DNA from: Chloroflexota bacterium
GTDB lineage: Bacteria; Chloroflexota; UBA11872; VXNJ01
DNA: 64,000 nucleotides
Assembly (NCBI GenBank): GCA_030744875.1
Contig: JASLPR010000041.1
Coordinates: forward strand, 35,816 to 99,815
Reading direction: 5' to 3'
Positions 10,788 to 20,609 of the stretch are shown here, one piece after another. A program made the translations under genes and the position numbers. The notes beneath the pieces are model-generated. The model was not told the origin of the DNA and did no database searches. It saw nothing but the letters and a program-made list of their open reading frames with translations. Position 1 is the first letter of the stretch. The number at the start of each line of letters is the position of its first letter.

Positions 10788-11165
10788 TTACGGCCGCTGG
10801 AGCAGCTCGATTTCGTAGCCGTCAGGGTCGTCGATGAAGGCCATCAGAAGGTCTTTGAATTCTTCTCGCCAGGCGTCGGGCCAGATCTCGATGCCCTTCT
10901 TTTCGAGGTCTTCACAGAAGGCGGCGAGGTCGGGGACGCCGACCGCGAAGTGCATGAGGTCTTCGGGGACGGCGAGTTCGTAGTCGGGGGAGTAGGTGAG
11001 CTCAAGGATGTGCTCGCTGCCCTCCATAGCCAGGTTGCAGGTCTGGTTGCCGTGCGGAGATTTGGCGTTGCGGCCCTGTACGGCAAAGCCCAGGTGATCG
11101 CAGTAGAAGGCGATGGACTTGTCGAGGTCGCTGACGCGGATGCGGGTGTGCATGAAGACGGGCAT
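10788..11165 (-). CDS. VOC-family protein (glyoxalase I / lactoylglutathione lyase fold)
   Basis: 125 aa. RVSDLDKSIAFYCDHLGF ... GYEIELLQ pattern of the glyoxalase/bleomycin-resistance fold. Confidence 0.75.
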   Translation of the reverse strand: MPVFMHTRIRVSDLDKSIAFYCDHLGFAVQGRNAKSPHGNQTCNLAMEGSEHILELTYSPDYELAVPEDLMHFAVGVPDLAAFCEDLEKKGIEIWPDAWREEFKDLLMAFIDDPDGYEIELLQRP

Positions 11166-11320
11166 TCAAGAACCTCCGGAGGTCGACTGCGGCGCGGTTG
11201 AGTGGCGTGCCGCGCGGCGACGGTCCGCCGGGCGGCGCCGGTCAGAATAGCAGTATGCTGCATCGGGCCGTGGCCGATGGGCCGGCGGACTGCAACGCAA
11301 GGGCTTCACCGGGAGGGAAC

Positions 11321-12100
11321 ATGTCGGATCAAGAGACGCGAGTGGCGTGGGTGACCGGGGCCGGGCGGGGGATTGGCCGGGCGATCGCGCTGCGGTTGGC
11401 GGCGGACGGCTTCGCGCTAGCGATCAACGACATCGACAGTGAGACGCTGGCAGAGGTGCGGGCCGCAATTGAATCCGGGGGCGGGCGGGCGCTGGCAGTG
11501 CCAGGCGATGTGGCGGATGAGGCGGTGGTAGGCGGCATGGTGGCGGAGATCGTGGGTGAGATGGGGCGGCTGGACGTGCTGGTGGCGAACGCAGGGATCA
11601 TCCACATCGCGCCGTTGCTGGAAACCGGGGCGGACGACTTCGAACGCATCCACCGGGTGAACGTGCGCGGGGTGTTCCTGTGTGGGCGGGAGGCCGGCCG
11701 GCACATGGTAGGGCAGGGGAGCGGCAAGATCATCAACGCGGCGTCGATCGCGGGGCGGCGGGGCGGCGACGACCAGGTGGCGTATTCGTCAAGCAAGTTC
11801 GCGGTGATCGGCCTGACGCAGTGCATGGCTCGGGAACTGTCGCCAAGGGGGGTGACCGTGAACGCCTATTGCCCCGGGATCGTGGACACGCGGATGTGGG
11901 ATCACATCGACACGGTGCGCTCGGCCTCGATGGGGCTGGCGAAGGGCGGGGCGCGAGAGGCGGTGGTGAAGACGATTCCCCTGGGACGCCAGGAGGAACC
12001 GGAGGACGTGGCGAACCTGGTGAGTTTCCTGGCTTCACCGGACTCGGACTACATAACCGGGCAGGCGATCAACGTCTGCGGTGGAATAAATATGGATTAA
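11321..12100 (+). CDS. SDR-family oxidoreductase, acetoin reductase / 2,3-butanediol dehydrogenase-like (BudC-like)
   Basis: ATG at 11321 preceded by GGGAGGGA. TGAGRGIGRA Rossmann motif and the Y-x3-K catalytic motif (YSSSKFAVIGLTQ). AYCPGIVDTRMW is typical of BudC-type enzymes. Confidence 0.85.
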   Translation: MSDQETRVAWVTGAGRGIGRAIALRLAADGFALAINDIDSETLAEVRAAIESGGGRALAVPGDVADEAVVGGMVAEIVGEMGRLDVLVANAGIIHIAPLLETGADDFERIHRVNVRGVFLCGREAGRHMVGQGSGKIINAASIAGRRGGDDQVAYSSSKFAVIGLTQCMARELSPRGVTVNAYCPGIVDTRMWDHIDTVRSASMGLAKGGAREAVVKTIPLGRQEEPEDVANLVSFLASPDSDYITGQAINVCGGINMD

Positions 12101-12136
12101 ACGCCGGCTCGGTCGGCGCTACGAAAGGACCTGAAC

Positions 12137-13033
12137 ATGTCCAGCAAGATCGGATTTGTGGGACTGGGACTGATGGGGCTGGGGATCGCAAGGAACCTTC
12201 TGGAGTCGGGCCACGCGGTGCGTGGCTACGACGTGTCGGCGGAGGCGTTGGAGGAGTTTGCCGGGGCGGGCGGGACGCCGGCTGACAGCCCGGCGGACGC
12301 CGCCCGGGAGGCGGAGTTTGTGATGACCGTGCTGCCGGAGCCGCGCGATGTGGAGGGTGCGGTGGTGCTGGGTAAGGACACGGTGGCCGACGGGCTGCCG
12401 GCGGGCGGGATGGTGGTGGAGTTCAGCACCATCGACCCGGCGACGACGCGGCGGGTGGGGGAGGCGCTGGCGGAGCGGGGCCTGCGGATGATCGAGTGCA
12501 AGATGGCGGGGATGCCGACCCATGCGGCGGCCGGGGAGTTGACGCTGATGGCCGGCGGATCGGAGGCGGACCTGGCCGAAGCGGCGCCGGTGCTGGCGGC
12601 GGTGTCGCGAGAAGTCATCCCCTGCGGGCCGCTGGGGAACGGCTCGGCGATGAAGCTGGTGAACAACATGCTGGCGGCGTCGATCATCATGCTCGACGGT
12701 GAGGCCCTGGTGGCCGGCAAGAAGGTGGGGCTGGAGATCGACGTGATGCTGAAGGTGTTTAAGTCGACCTTCGCCAACAACGACGCGCTGGGCACGGTGT
12801 TCGAGGAGAAGGTGTTCAAGCGCGACTTTGAGCCCGGGTTCTTCACCCGGTTGGCGCTCAAGGATGTGCGGCTGGCGACGCAGATGGCGTCGGAGTCGGG
12901 AGCGATTACGCCGCTGGGAGCGGTGTCGGCGCAGATGCTGGCAGCGGCGACATACCGTGGCTACGCGACGGATCACCTGACGGCGGTGGTGAAGCTCTGG
13001 GAAGAAGTGGCGGGGCTGGAACTTACGAACTGA
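12137..13033 (+). CDS. NAD(P)-dependent oxidoreductase of the 3-hydroxyisobutyrate / tartronate-semialdehyde reductase family
   Basis: N-terminal GFVGLGLMGLGIARNL dinucleotide-binding motif. 298 aa. The downstream gene is a paralog. Confidence 0.85.
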   Translation: MSSKIGFVGLGLMGLGIARNLLESGHAVRGYDVSAEALEEFAGAGGTPADSPADAAREAEFVMTVLPEPRDVEGAVVLGKDTVADGLPAGGMVVEFSTIDPATTRRVGEALAERGLRMIECKMAGMPTHAAAGELTLMAGGSEADLAEAAPVLAAVSREVIPCGPLGNGSAMKLVNNMLAASIIMLDGEALVAGKKVGLEIDVMLKVFKSTFANNDALGTVFEEKVFKRDFEPGFFTRLALKDVRLATQMASESGAITPLGAVSAQMLAAATYRGYATDHLTAVVKLWEEVAGLELTN

Positions 13034-13076
13034 ACCCAAATGTGAAAACGGCAGGTCTTAGAGGAGAAGGAGAACT

Positions 13077-13973
13077 ATGGCAGGGAGATCGATCGGATTT
13101 ATCGGACTTGGGATGATGGGGGCGGGGCTCGCCGGGAACCTGCTGAAGGCAGGGCATCACGTCACCGGGTACGACATCGTGCCGGAGCACGTCGAGAAGT
13201 TCGTCGCCGCCGGCGGCACGGCGGCGGATTCGTGCGCGGCGGCGGCGCAGGGCGCGGACTTTGTGTGCACCGTGATGCCGGGTCCGGCGGAACTAGGCGC
13301 GGTGGTGAACGGGACGCAGGGGATCGCGGGAGCGATGGGCGCGGGAGCGCTGTTGCTGGATTTCAGCACCGTGGCGCCGACGGATTCGGAGTCCGTGGCG
13401 GCGGTGCTGACCCCGGCCGGGGCGCGGCTACTGGAAACGAAGATGACCGGGACGCCGGAGACGGCGGTGACGGGCCAGATTGACCTGTTCGTGGGCGGGG
13501 AGGAGGGAGACCTGGAATTGGCGCGGCCGCTGCTGGAGGCGGTCTGCGAGCGGATCCACCACTGCGGCCCGCTGGGCGCGGGGGCGGCGATGAAACTGGT
13601 GTTCAATACGCTGGGTTTCACAATGCAGATGGTGAACGCGGAGATGCTGGTGCTGGCCCGGAAGGCGGGGCTGGACCTGGACCTGGTGCTGGACGCGCTG
13701 CGCGGGACCGGGATGTGGACCGGGATCCTGGAGAACGTCTTCCCGGCAAAGGTGTTCTCACGGGATTTCAGTCCGTTGTTTTTCGTGCGGCTGGCGCAGA
13801 AGGATGTGCGGCTGGCGACGCGGATGGCGGCGGAGATCGGGGCGATGACGCCGTTTGGCAACATGACCCACCAGATGTTCGCGATGGCCGCGGCGGCGGG
13901 CTACGCGGAGGACAACGTGACGAGTCACGTGAAGATGTGGGAAGGAGTGGCGGGGGTGGAATTGAAGCGCTGA
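13077..13973 (+). CDS. Second tandem paralog of the 3-hydroxyisobutyrate dehydrogenase family
   Basis: GFIGLGMMGAGLAGNL motif, 298 aa, collinear with the preceding gene. Confidence 0.85.
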   Translation: MAGRSIGFIGLGMMGAGLAGNLLKAGHHVTGYDIVPEHVEKFVAAGGTAADSCAAAAQGADFVCTVMPGPAELGAVVNGTQGIAGAMGAGALLLDFSTVAPTDSESVAAVLTPAGARLLETKMTGTPETAVTGQIDLFVGGEEGDLELARPLLEAVCERIHHCGPLGAGAAMKLVFNTLGFTMQMVNAEMLVLARKAGLDLDLVLDALRGTGMWTGILENVFPAKVFSRDFSPLFFVRLAQKDVRLATRMAAEIGAMTPFGNMTHQMFAMAAAAGYAEDNVTSHVKMWEGVAGVELKR

Positions 13974-13983
13974 GCGCGGCTGG

Positions 13984-14337
13984 TCAGGGAACCGGGCGGC
14001 GCTGGAGGGGGACGCGGTAGCCGGACGCGAATGGGGATTGATAATCGATTCCGGCGCGGGCGTAGACGCCGGCCGGGAGACCGATGTCGGCGAGGACGAG
14101 GGCGCCGGTGGCGGCAGGGGCGAGGCCGGTCTTGGGCAGGGCGAGGGTGAGGGTGCGGTCGGGTCGGAGGCAGTCGCCGGGGGCGGAGCCGGTGGTGGAG
14201 TCGATGCCGGAAGGGACGTCGAGGGACAGGACCGGAGCGGTGGAACCGTTGCACCAATGGATGAGCGCGGCGGTAGGGCCGCGCGGAGCGCCTTGCAGGC
14301 TGTAGCCGATGAGCCCGTCGATGATGGCGGGGCGCAA
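13984..14337 (-). pseudogene. N-terminally truncated fragment of a YjeF_N (NAD(P)H-hydrate epimerase) domain gene
   Basis: The 117-aa ORF matches only the C-terminal half of YjeF_N (AIIDGLIGYSL...APVLSLDVPSGIDSTTG...TLTLALPKTGL). The GNNGGDG N-terminal half is missing. An in-frame TAG lies immediately upstream at 14341-14343. Confidence 0.55.
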
Positions 14338-14743
14338 GAGCTATTTTGTGCGGGGCTATCGCGGCGATGAGGTGCGCGACACGACGCTCGTGTTCTCGAA
14401 AATTGACGAGCAGCCGACGGTGCGTCGCGAGAGAGCGCTGACGGCGGGTTCGGGGCGCACGCCGACTTTCACCTGGCCGGAACCACAGAACGGGAACTAC
14501 TGGATTTCGTTCCTGATGGTGCACACGGCGAAAAGCATGAAGCTCATCACCGGGATCTACTCGTGGGCGAACCGCTGGCGGTTCCCGTTTGTGAACCGGG
14601 TGCCCTATTACTACCACGGTGCGCTGCCGGTGCCGGCGCTGGAAGCGGGGGAGGGGTACGGAGCGGTCTATTTCGCGATCGATCGCGAGGGCTGGATTCC
14701 GTACCTGGACACGATGATGCTGGAGGGCCCGGCGACCGGGTAG
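14309..14743 (+). CDS. Hypothetical protein (unrecognised), in a locally lower-GC stretch just upstream of ACR3
   Basis: 144-aa ORF with ordinary amino-acid composition and no family hallmarks that I recognise. Same strand as ACR3 and 96 bp upstream of it. Confidence 0.35.
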   Translation: MSPSMMAGRKSYFVRGYRGDEVRDTTLVFSKIDEQPTVRRERALTAGSGRTPTFTWPEPQNGNYWISFLMVHTAKSMKLITGIYSWANRWRFPFVNRVPYYYHGALPVPALEAGEGYGAVYFAIDREGWIPYLDTMMLEGPATG

Positions 14744-14839
14744 GGAGGCCGTAGGCGGGAATCTGTGACGCGGCGGTGATGCCGGGCGGATATTGTCGGC
14801 CGGGATCAGGAGACCGGACCACTGGAGGCCCGCCCGCTG

Positions 14840-15895
14840 ATGGCTGTTGCGGCGGATGCCGGGAGCGCCAGCGGGGCGCTGTCGCGGCTGGAGAGGTTGC
14901 TGCCGCTGTGGATCGTGCTGGCGATGGGGCTGGGAAAGGCGTTCCCGAACCTGGCGGGGGTTCTGGACGCCCTGCGGGTAGACACCGTGTCGCTGCCGAT
15001 CGCGATCGGGCTGCTGTGGATGATGTACCCGGTGCTGGCGCGGGTGAAGTACGAGAAGCTGGGAAAGGTGGCGCAGGACTGGCGGCTGTTCGCGGTGTCG
15101 CTGGCACTGAACTGGGTGATCGGGCCGCTCCTGGTGTTCGGGCTGGCCTGGACGCTGCTGCCGGATCACCCGAAGTACCGGACGGGGCTGATCGTGGTGG
15201 GACTGGTGCGGTGCATCGCAATGGTGCTGGTGTGGAACCTGATGGCGCGCGGGAATGAGGAGTACGCGGCAATCCTGGTGGTGCTGAACTCGGTTTTCCA
15301 GGTGCTGGCGTATTCGGTGTATGTGTGGTTCTTCATCGGGGTGTTGCCGGGTTGGTTTGGAGGGGAGACGGCGATAGCGGGAATAGAGTTCTGGGATGTG
15401 GCACGGGCGGTGTTGATCTTCCTGGGGGTGCCGCTGGCGGCGGGGGCGCTGACCCGCTGGGCCGGGATCGCGCGGAAGGGGCGGCAGTGGTACGAGGAAC
15501 GATTCATCCCGCGACTGGCGCCGACGGCGCTGATCGGGCTGCTGTTCACGATCGTGGTGATGTTCTCACTGAAGGGCGGGCTGATCTTGAGTCTGCCGCT
15601 GGACGTGCTGCGGATATCGATTCCGCTGCTGCTGTATTTCGGATGGATGTTTGAGATTTCGTTCTGGGTCGGGAAGGTGGTGGGATTCGACTATGAGCGG
15701 ACGGCGGCGGTGTCGTTCACGGCGGCGAGCAACAACTTCGAGCTGGCGATCGCGGTGGCGATCGGGGTGTTTGGGATCGCGTCGGCGGAGGCGTTTGCGA
15801 CGGTGGTAGGACCGTTGATCGAGGTGCCGATGCTGGTGGGATTGGTCTATGTGGCGCTGCGGCTGCGGAAAGGGTTTGTGCGGGGCGGAGGGTAG
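14840..15895 (+). CDS. acr3: ACR3-family arsenite efflux transporter
   Basis: 351 aa. LERLLPLWIVLAMGLG start and a 10-TM ACR3/ArsB-type pattern. No adjacent arsR or arsC. Confidence 0.8.
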   Translation: MAVAADAGSASGALSRLERLLPLWIVLAMGLGKAFPNLAGVLDALRVDTVSLPIAIGLLWMMYPVLARVKYEKLGKVAQDWRLFAVSLALNWVIGPLLVFGLAWTLLPDHPKYRTGLIVVGLVRCIAMVLVWNLMARGNEEYAAILVVLNSVFQVLAYSVYVWFFIGVLPGWFGGETAIAGIEFWDVARAVLIFLGVPLAAGALTRWAGIARKGRQWYEERFIPRLAPTALIGLLFTIVVMFSLKGGLILSLPLDVLRISIPLLLYFGWMFEISFWVGKVVGFDYERTAAVSFTAASNNFELAIAVAIGVFGIASAEAFATVVGPLIEVPMLVGLVYVALRLRKGFVRGGG

Positions 15896-15976
15896 GGCGG
15901 GGCGGTTGGACAAGGCAGGCGCGACGCGTCGATACTCTGCGCACTTGAGCATGGCCGATCCCCGGGAGGTGGCATC

Positions 15977-18502
15977 GTGGAATCGTTCAGGACTCTGTCA
16001 CTCGCCGGGTTGCGCAACCACGGAGCCGAAGACGTGCTGATCGGGCACCGGCCGCTGTGGAACCGCGTTCCGGCGACCGGTCCCGGGCCGGCCGGCCAGT
16101 CGATGCCGCTGCCACCGCTCAGTAGCCTGCCTACGGGGGAGCAGGTCTTCTGGGGCGTGCCTTTCGACATCACGCCCGATGGCGATGCGGCCTGGGTGGT
16201 GCTGGGGAAGGAAGGCTGGAACGGCTTGCCCGAAGCTGTGACCGTGCCAGTCGGTTCTACAGCCCGCCAGTTGCTGGTCTGCCATTTCCTGGATGCCGTT
16301 CGTACCGAGGAACTCCGCCCCGAGGAACCCGACGAGAGCAACGCGGTCGTGGCGGAGTATGTTGTCAACTACGCGGACGGTTCGAGTCACGTGCATCCGA
16401 TTCGTTATCGCTTCGAGATCAATCCCTGCCGCCGACCCTGGGGTATGCAACCCTTCGCGGCGGTGGAAGAGGACACGTCGCACACGTCGCCGGTGGTCGG
16501 CGCGGACCGGAACGGACTGACCGGCATCGTCAGCGCCACGCGCGGCGGCCCAACCTATCTGCTGACGGCGCTGGCGAACCCGAATCCGGAGGCGGAGATC
16601 GCCACGATCGAACTCCGCGCCACCGGGTCACGCACGGTCACCGTGGCGGCCATCACTCTCTGCGGGCTGGAGCACAACCCGTTTCGGCGGTCGGTGCTGC
16701 GGCACGTCGAGGTGGATGTGGCGCCGCCGGTGGAGGCGAGCCTGGACCTGGGCGAGGTGGTGAAGACGCACCCATTCCCGGGCGGACTACCGGAGGACTG
16801 GCTGGAACGGCCGGAGATCGGGGCGGGCGCGGTGTTGGAAGACCCGCCGGCAACGTTGATTGATGCGACGGCGACGCCGGATGCGCGGCTGACGATTCGG
16901 CACACCGGCGGGGAGTCGGCGGTGGGGTGGGGGGAACTGCTGGAGACGGGCGCGGCGACGACGGAGGGCGGGGCGGTGAACTGGCGGCTGCTGGAGGAAC
17001 GGGACACCCAGGTGCAGGTGCGGGTGGTGGACAAATCAACGGGTCGGGAGGCGCCGGCGCGGGTGAGTTTCTACGGGTCGCGGGGCGAATACTTTGCGCC
17101 GTATGGCCACCAGCGCGATATCAACACGAACTGGTGCGAGGACATGGGCGGGGACCTGAAGCTGGGGGACACGAGCTACGCCTACGTGGACGGGCGGTTT
17201 CAGATCCACCTGCCGGTCGGCGAGGTGTTCGTGGAACTGACGCGCGGGTTTGAGTACACGCCGACGCGGCAGCGAATCAACATTCAGCCGGGGCAGCGCG
17301 AGTTGACCCTGGAGATCGATCGCTGGACCGATGCCGGGGCGGACGGCTACTACACCGGCGATACCCACGTGCATTTCCTGGACCCAACGACGGCGGTGCT
17401 GGAGGCGGGGGCGGAGGATCTGAACGTGGTGAACGTGCTGGCGGCGCAATGGGGGCGGCTGTTCACGAACGTGGAGCATTTCACCGGGGCGCTGGCGCCG
17501 GCGTCGACGGCGGAGAACCTGGTGTGGGTGGGGACCGAGAACCGCCACCACATGCTAGGGCACATCAGCCTGCTGGGACTCAAGGAGCCAGTGTTCCCGC
17601 TGAGCAGCGGCGGTCCGGACGAGGACTACTTCGGCGGGGCCGAGGAGGTGTTGATGGCGGAATGGTCGGACGCGGCGCGGGCGCAGGGCGGGCTGGTGCT
17701 GGCGCCGCATTTCCCGTCACCGCACCTGGAACTGGCGGCGGATATCGCGATGGGCAAGATCGACGCGGCGGAGTTGAAATACTTCCCGCCGCACCTGGAT
17801 GGACACAGCCTGGGGTCGTGGTATGACTATCTGAACTGCGGCTATCGGCTGCCGGCGGTGGGGGGGACGGACAAGATGACGAATTCGATCCCGGTGGGCG
17901 GGGTGCGGACCTATGCGCACATCGGCGAGGACCGGGAGTTCACCCACGCTAGTTGGCAGGATGCGGTGCGGGCGGGGAATACGTTCTCGAGCACAGGACC
18001 GCTGCTGTTCTTCACGGCCGAAGGGCAGCCGCCGGGGACGGACATCAGTCTGCCGGACGGCGGCGGGACGCTGGAACTGACGGCGACGGCGCGGAGCGCG
18101 CTGCCGTTCACAAGGATAGAGATCGTGGCCAACGGGAAGGTGATCGCCGACGCGGCGGCGGACGCCGGGGGACGGTCGGCGACGCTGTCATTCAAATACG
18201 AGGCTGGTGAAAGTTGCTGGCTGGCGGCGCGCTGCTTCGGCGAAATCGACCTGGTGCACGCCTGGGTGAACAAGGTGGCAGCGCACAGCTCGCCGGTCTA
18301 CGTGACGGTGGGCGGCAAAGAGGTCTTTTCGCCGCAGGTGGCGACGTTCATGTTGACGCTGATCGAAGGCGGAATCACCTACCTGAACGAGACGGCGGCG
18401 CCGTACCGGGATGTGGCGAAACAGCGGCGCCACGTGGGCTTCTTTGAAGGCGCGCGGGCGGAGCTACACCGCAGGTTGCACGCCCACGGGATCGCGCACT
18501 AA
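15977..18502 (+). CDS. Large uncharacterised protein with a C-terminal PHP/CehA-McbA-like metallohydrolase domain
   Basis: 841-aa ORF. The C-terminal half carries His-rich motifs typical of the PHP fold (YYTGDTHVHFLDP, ENRHHMLGHISLLG, LAPHFPSPH, AVGGTDKM). The N-terminal ~400 aa are unrecognised. Confidence 0.6.
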   Translation: MESFRTLSLAGLRNHGAEDVLIGHRPLWNRVPATGPGPAGQSMPLPPLSSLPTGEQVFWGVPFDITPDGDAAWVVLGKEGWNGLPEAVTVPVGSTARQLLVCHFLDAVRTEELRPEEPDESNAVVAEYVVNYADGSSHVHPIRYRFEINPCRRPWGMQPFAAVEEDTSHTSPVVGADRNGLTGIVSATRGGPTYLLTALANPNPEAEIATIELRATGSRTVTVAAITLCGLEHNPFRRSVLRHVEVDVAPPVEASLDLGEVVKTHPFPGGLPEDWLERPEIGAGAVLEDPPATLIDATATPDARLTIRHTGGESAVGWGELLETGAATTEGGAVNWRLLEERDTQVQVRVVDKSTGREAPARVSFYGSRGEYFAPYGHQRDINTNWCEDMGGDLKLGDTSYAYVDGRFQIHLPVGEVFVELTRGFEYTPTRQRINIQPGQRELTLEIDRWTDAGADGYYTGDTHVHFLDPTTAVLEAGAEDLNVVNVLAAQWGRLFTNVEHFTGALAPASTAENLVWVGTENRHHMLGHISLLGLKEPVFPLSSGGPDEDYFGGAEEVLMAEWSDAARAQGGLVLAPHFPSPHLELAADIAMGKIDAAELKYFPPHLDGHSLGSWYDYLNCGYRLPAVGGTDKMTNSIPVGGVRTYAHIGEDREFTHASWQDAVRAGNTFSSTGPLLFFTAEGQPPGTDISLPDGGGTLELTATARSALPFTRIEIVANGKVIADAAADAGGRSATLSFKYEAGESCWLAARCFGEIDLVHAWVNKVAAHSSPVYVTVGGKEVFSPQVATFMLTLIEGGITYLNETAAPYRDVAKQRRHVGFFEGARAELHRRLHAHGIAH

Positions 18503-18592
18503 GTCCGGGCACAGCCGACCTCCGGTGCGCACACGAACCAGCGCACCAGGCGGGACGGGGAGCGGCGCCGGGCGCCGCTCCCGAATCCGGGC

Positions 18593-20422
18593 CTACGGGA
18601 AGACGAAGAAGGTGCCGTAGAACTCCGCGGTGGCGTCGGCGTCGGCCTGCGTGATCTCCACGGTCTCGACAACGATGGCGAAGGTGGGATCGGCGGGGTC
18701 GATGGCGGCCCACACAATGTGAAGGCCGCCATGGTCGCAGATGGACTCGTCGTAGAACCCGACGTAGAAGCCATCGTCATAGTCAACACGGCCGTTGTAG
18801 CTGCAGTTGTCGGGTATGTCTTCTCCGTCGAGGTAATCCTCGAGGTCGGCGTTGCCAATCTCGGATTCAGTGGGGATGACGACGATCAAGATTCCGGCCG
18901 TATCGGCGATGCTGCTGTCGCCCTGGTAGAAGGGGGTCCAGGAGGCCATATCCGGGGAGACGGCCATGCTGGAGAACTCGTCGTCGGGAGCGCCGTCGAG
19001 CTGCCAAGCAGCCGGTACCGAGGCGGAAATGACACCGGTGTCGTCGGCCGCGTAGGTGTAGACCGCAGCGCCGCCGCCGCCACCACCACCACCACCACCG
19101 CCGCCACCACCGAAGGTGGAGATCACGGTGAGGGGTCGGCCATTGAGCTGGCCTTCGAGGACTTCGCCGGTGGCTAGGCGGACCAGTTCGATGTGCATGG
19201 TGTGTTCGGAGCCACGGGTCTGGAGGACGTCGCAGTAATCGCGCATGGTGCCGTCGTCGCCGAGCGGCAGGCGCTCTATGGCGACGATGAAGTCACCGGG
19301 CAGGATGCCGGCCTCGTCGGCCTGGGAGCCGGACTCGACGGAGAAGACCCAGAGGCCGTTGTAGTCGACGCCCATGAAGGCTTCGCCGTTAATGCCGATC
19401 CAGTCGACGTTGTTGCCAACCATCAGCTGATCGAGTACCGGCAGGGCCTGGTCGAGGCCGATGGCGAAGAACTGGTTGAAGTAGAGAATGCTGGCGTAAA
19501 CGATGCCAACCACCTGACCGTCTTCGTTGACGAGCGGTCCGCCGCTGTTGCCGGGGTTGATGGCGGCGTCGTGCTGGAGGACCTGGTCGACGGAGGCCCA
19601 GCTGGTCTCGCCGTCGGCATCGAGCTTGGAGATGATCCCGCCAACGAGGGCGTACTCGGGTTCGCCGAGCGGGTAGCCGGCGGCGAAGATGCGGGTGCCG
19701 ATGGTCAGGTTGCCGTCGTAGAACTCAAGGTACGGGTATGCGCCGGGAGGAAGCTGGATGACGGCCAGGTCGGAGCATTCGCTGGCGGCGACGACGCGGG
19801 CGTTGACGGGTTCGTCGCGGCCCGGGATGAAGACGTTGAGGGTGGCGGCGCCGGTGACAACGTGGTTGTTGGTGACGACGAAGCCGTCCTCGCTGATGAT
19901 GAACCCGGATCCGGCGCCGGCGCCGGTGACAGCACCTCCAGTGTCGGGGTCGACAAAAGTGCCCTGGGCAACGATCTGGACGGTGGCCAACTCGACGAGG
20001 GCGAGCCCCTGAGGACCTTCGGGCTCGGGGATTGCGGTGGGCTCGGGGGTCGGGGTGGACTCCGGAATTGGCGTATCGGCGACTTCGGGCTCGGGAGCGC
20101 CAGCGAAGGCGGTGGCCATCTCGTCGTCACATTCTGCGAGGACGGCGTCGAGGAGTTCCTCTTCGCTGATGCCAGCCGTGACTCGTTTGAGATCGAGGCG
20201 CACGCCCAGCCGCTCGACCTGCTCTTCCCACTGGTCGGGGGGCAGGTCGAGAATCTCGAAGACGCCGTCGCAGAATTCCCCGGCGATGCTGTCGACAGTG
20301 ACCTCGGGCTCGGCCTTCGGCGCCGGGGCCTTGGCTTCGGGAGCAGCCGGAGCGGGGGTGTCGCCACCACAGGCTGCGACAAGCAGCGCGATTGCGAGGA
20401 CGGCGGCGGTCGCCAGGCTCAT
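18593..20422 (-). CDS. Trypsin-like (S1C/HtrA-family) serine-protease lipoprotein with a PDZ domain, a Gly14 linker and a C-terminal domain
   Basis: Start at ATG 20420-20422, giving MSLATAAVLAIALLVAACGG (lipobox). Protease core GSGFIISEDGFVVTNNHVV ... NPGNSGGPLVN (Ser). PDZ region DWIGINGEAF. A run of 14 Gly residues, then ~170 aa C-terminal. Confidence 0.85.
   Translation of the reverse strand: MSLATAAVLAIALLVAACGGDTPAPAAPEAKAPAPKAEPEVTVDSIAGEFCDGVFEILDLPPDQWEEQVERLGVRLDLKRVTAGISEEELLDAVLAECDDEMATAFAGAPEPEVADTPIPESTPTPEPTAIPEPEGPQGLALVELATVQIVAQGTFVDPDTGGAVTGAGAGSGFIISEDGFVVTNNHVVTGAATLNVFIPGRDEPVNARVVAASECSDLAVIQLPPGAYPYLEFYDGNLTIGTRIFAAGYPLGEPEYALVGGIISKLDADGETSWASVDQVLQHDAAINPGNSGGPLVNEDGQVVGIVYASILYFNQFFAIGLDQALPVLDQLMVGNNVDWIGINGEAFMGVDYNGLWVFSVESGSQADEAGILPGDFIVAIERLPLGDDGTMRDYCDVLQTRGSEHTMHIELVRLATGEVLEGQLNGRPLTVISTFGGGGGGGGGGGGGGAAVYTYAADDTGVISASVPAAWQLDGAPDDEFSSMAVSPDMASWTPFYQGDSSIADTAGILIVVIPTESEIGNADLEDYLDGEDIPDNCSYNGRVDYDDGFYVGFYDESICDHGGLHIVWAAIDPADPTFAIVVETVEITQADADATAEFYGTFFVFP
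19069..19113 (-). repeat. (GCC/ACC)n trinucleotide tract that encodes the Gly14 linker of the protease
   Basis: Plus strand reads gccgccgccgccaccaccaccaccaccaccgccgccaccacc, translated on the minus strand as GGGGGGGGGGGGGG. Confidence 0.9.
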
Positions 20423-20609
20423 TCGCACGTATCGTCCGAGGCTGATCTTGATTGCGCTACGATCTCCGGTGGCAATGGCCACCCAATGGATTGCCCGGTT
20501 CCACGTTGACAAGAGTGTACCCGGTTCGGGCATTTATACAGCGAATGAGGGCGCGGAACAGGGCTTCGACCTCCAGTTCCGTACCGGTCGGAAGGGCCCG
20601 GTCCGGCGC

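Noticed and set aside
13925-15169. 414-aa minus-strand ORF, extremely His/Arg/Pro/Gln-rich
   Set aside because: Low-complexity composition typical of an off-frame reading of GC-rich coding DNA. It is antisense to the YjeF_N fragment, the unknown ORF and the start of ACR3.
19069-19113. The GCC/ACC repeat tract as a possible CRISPR or array-like element
   Set aside because: It is a single short trinucleotide tract inside a coding region, translated in frame as poly-Gly. There are no spacers or repeat-unit structure.
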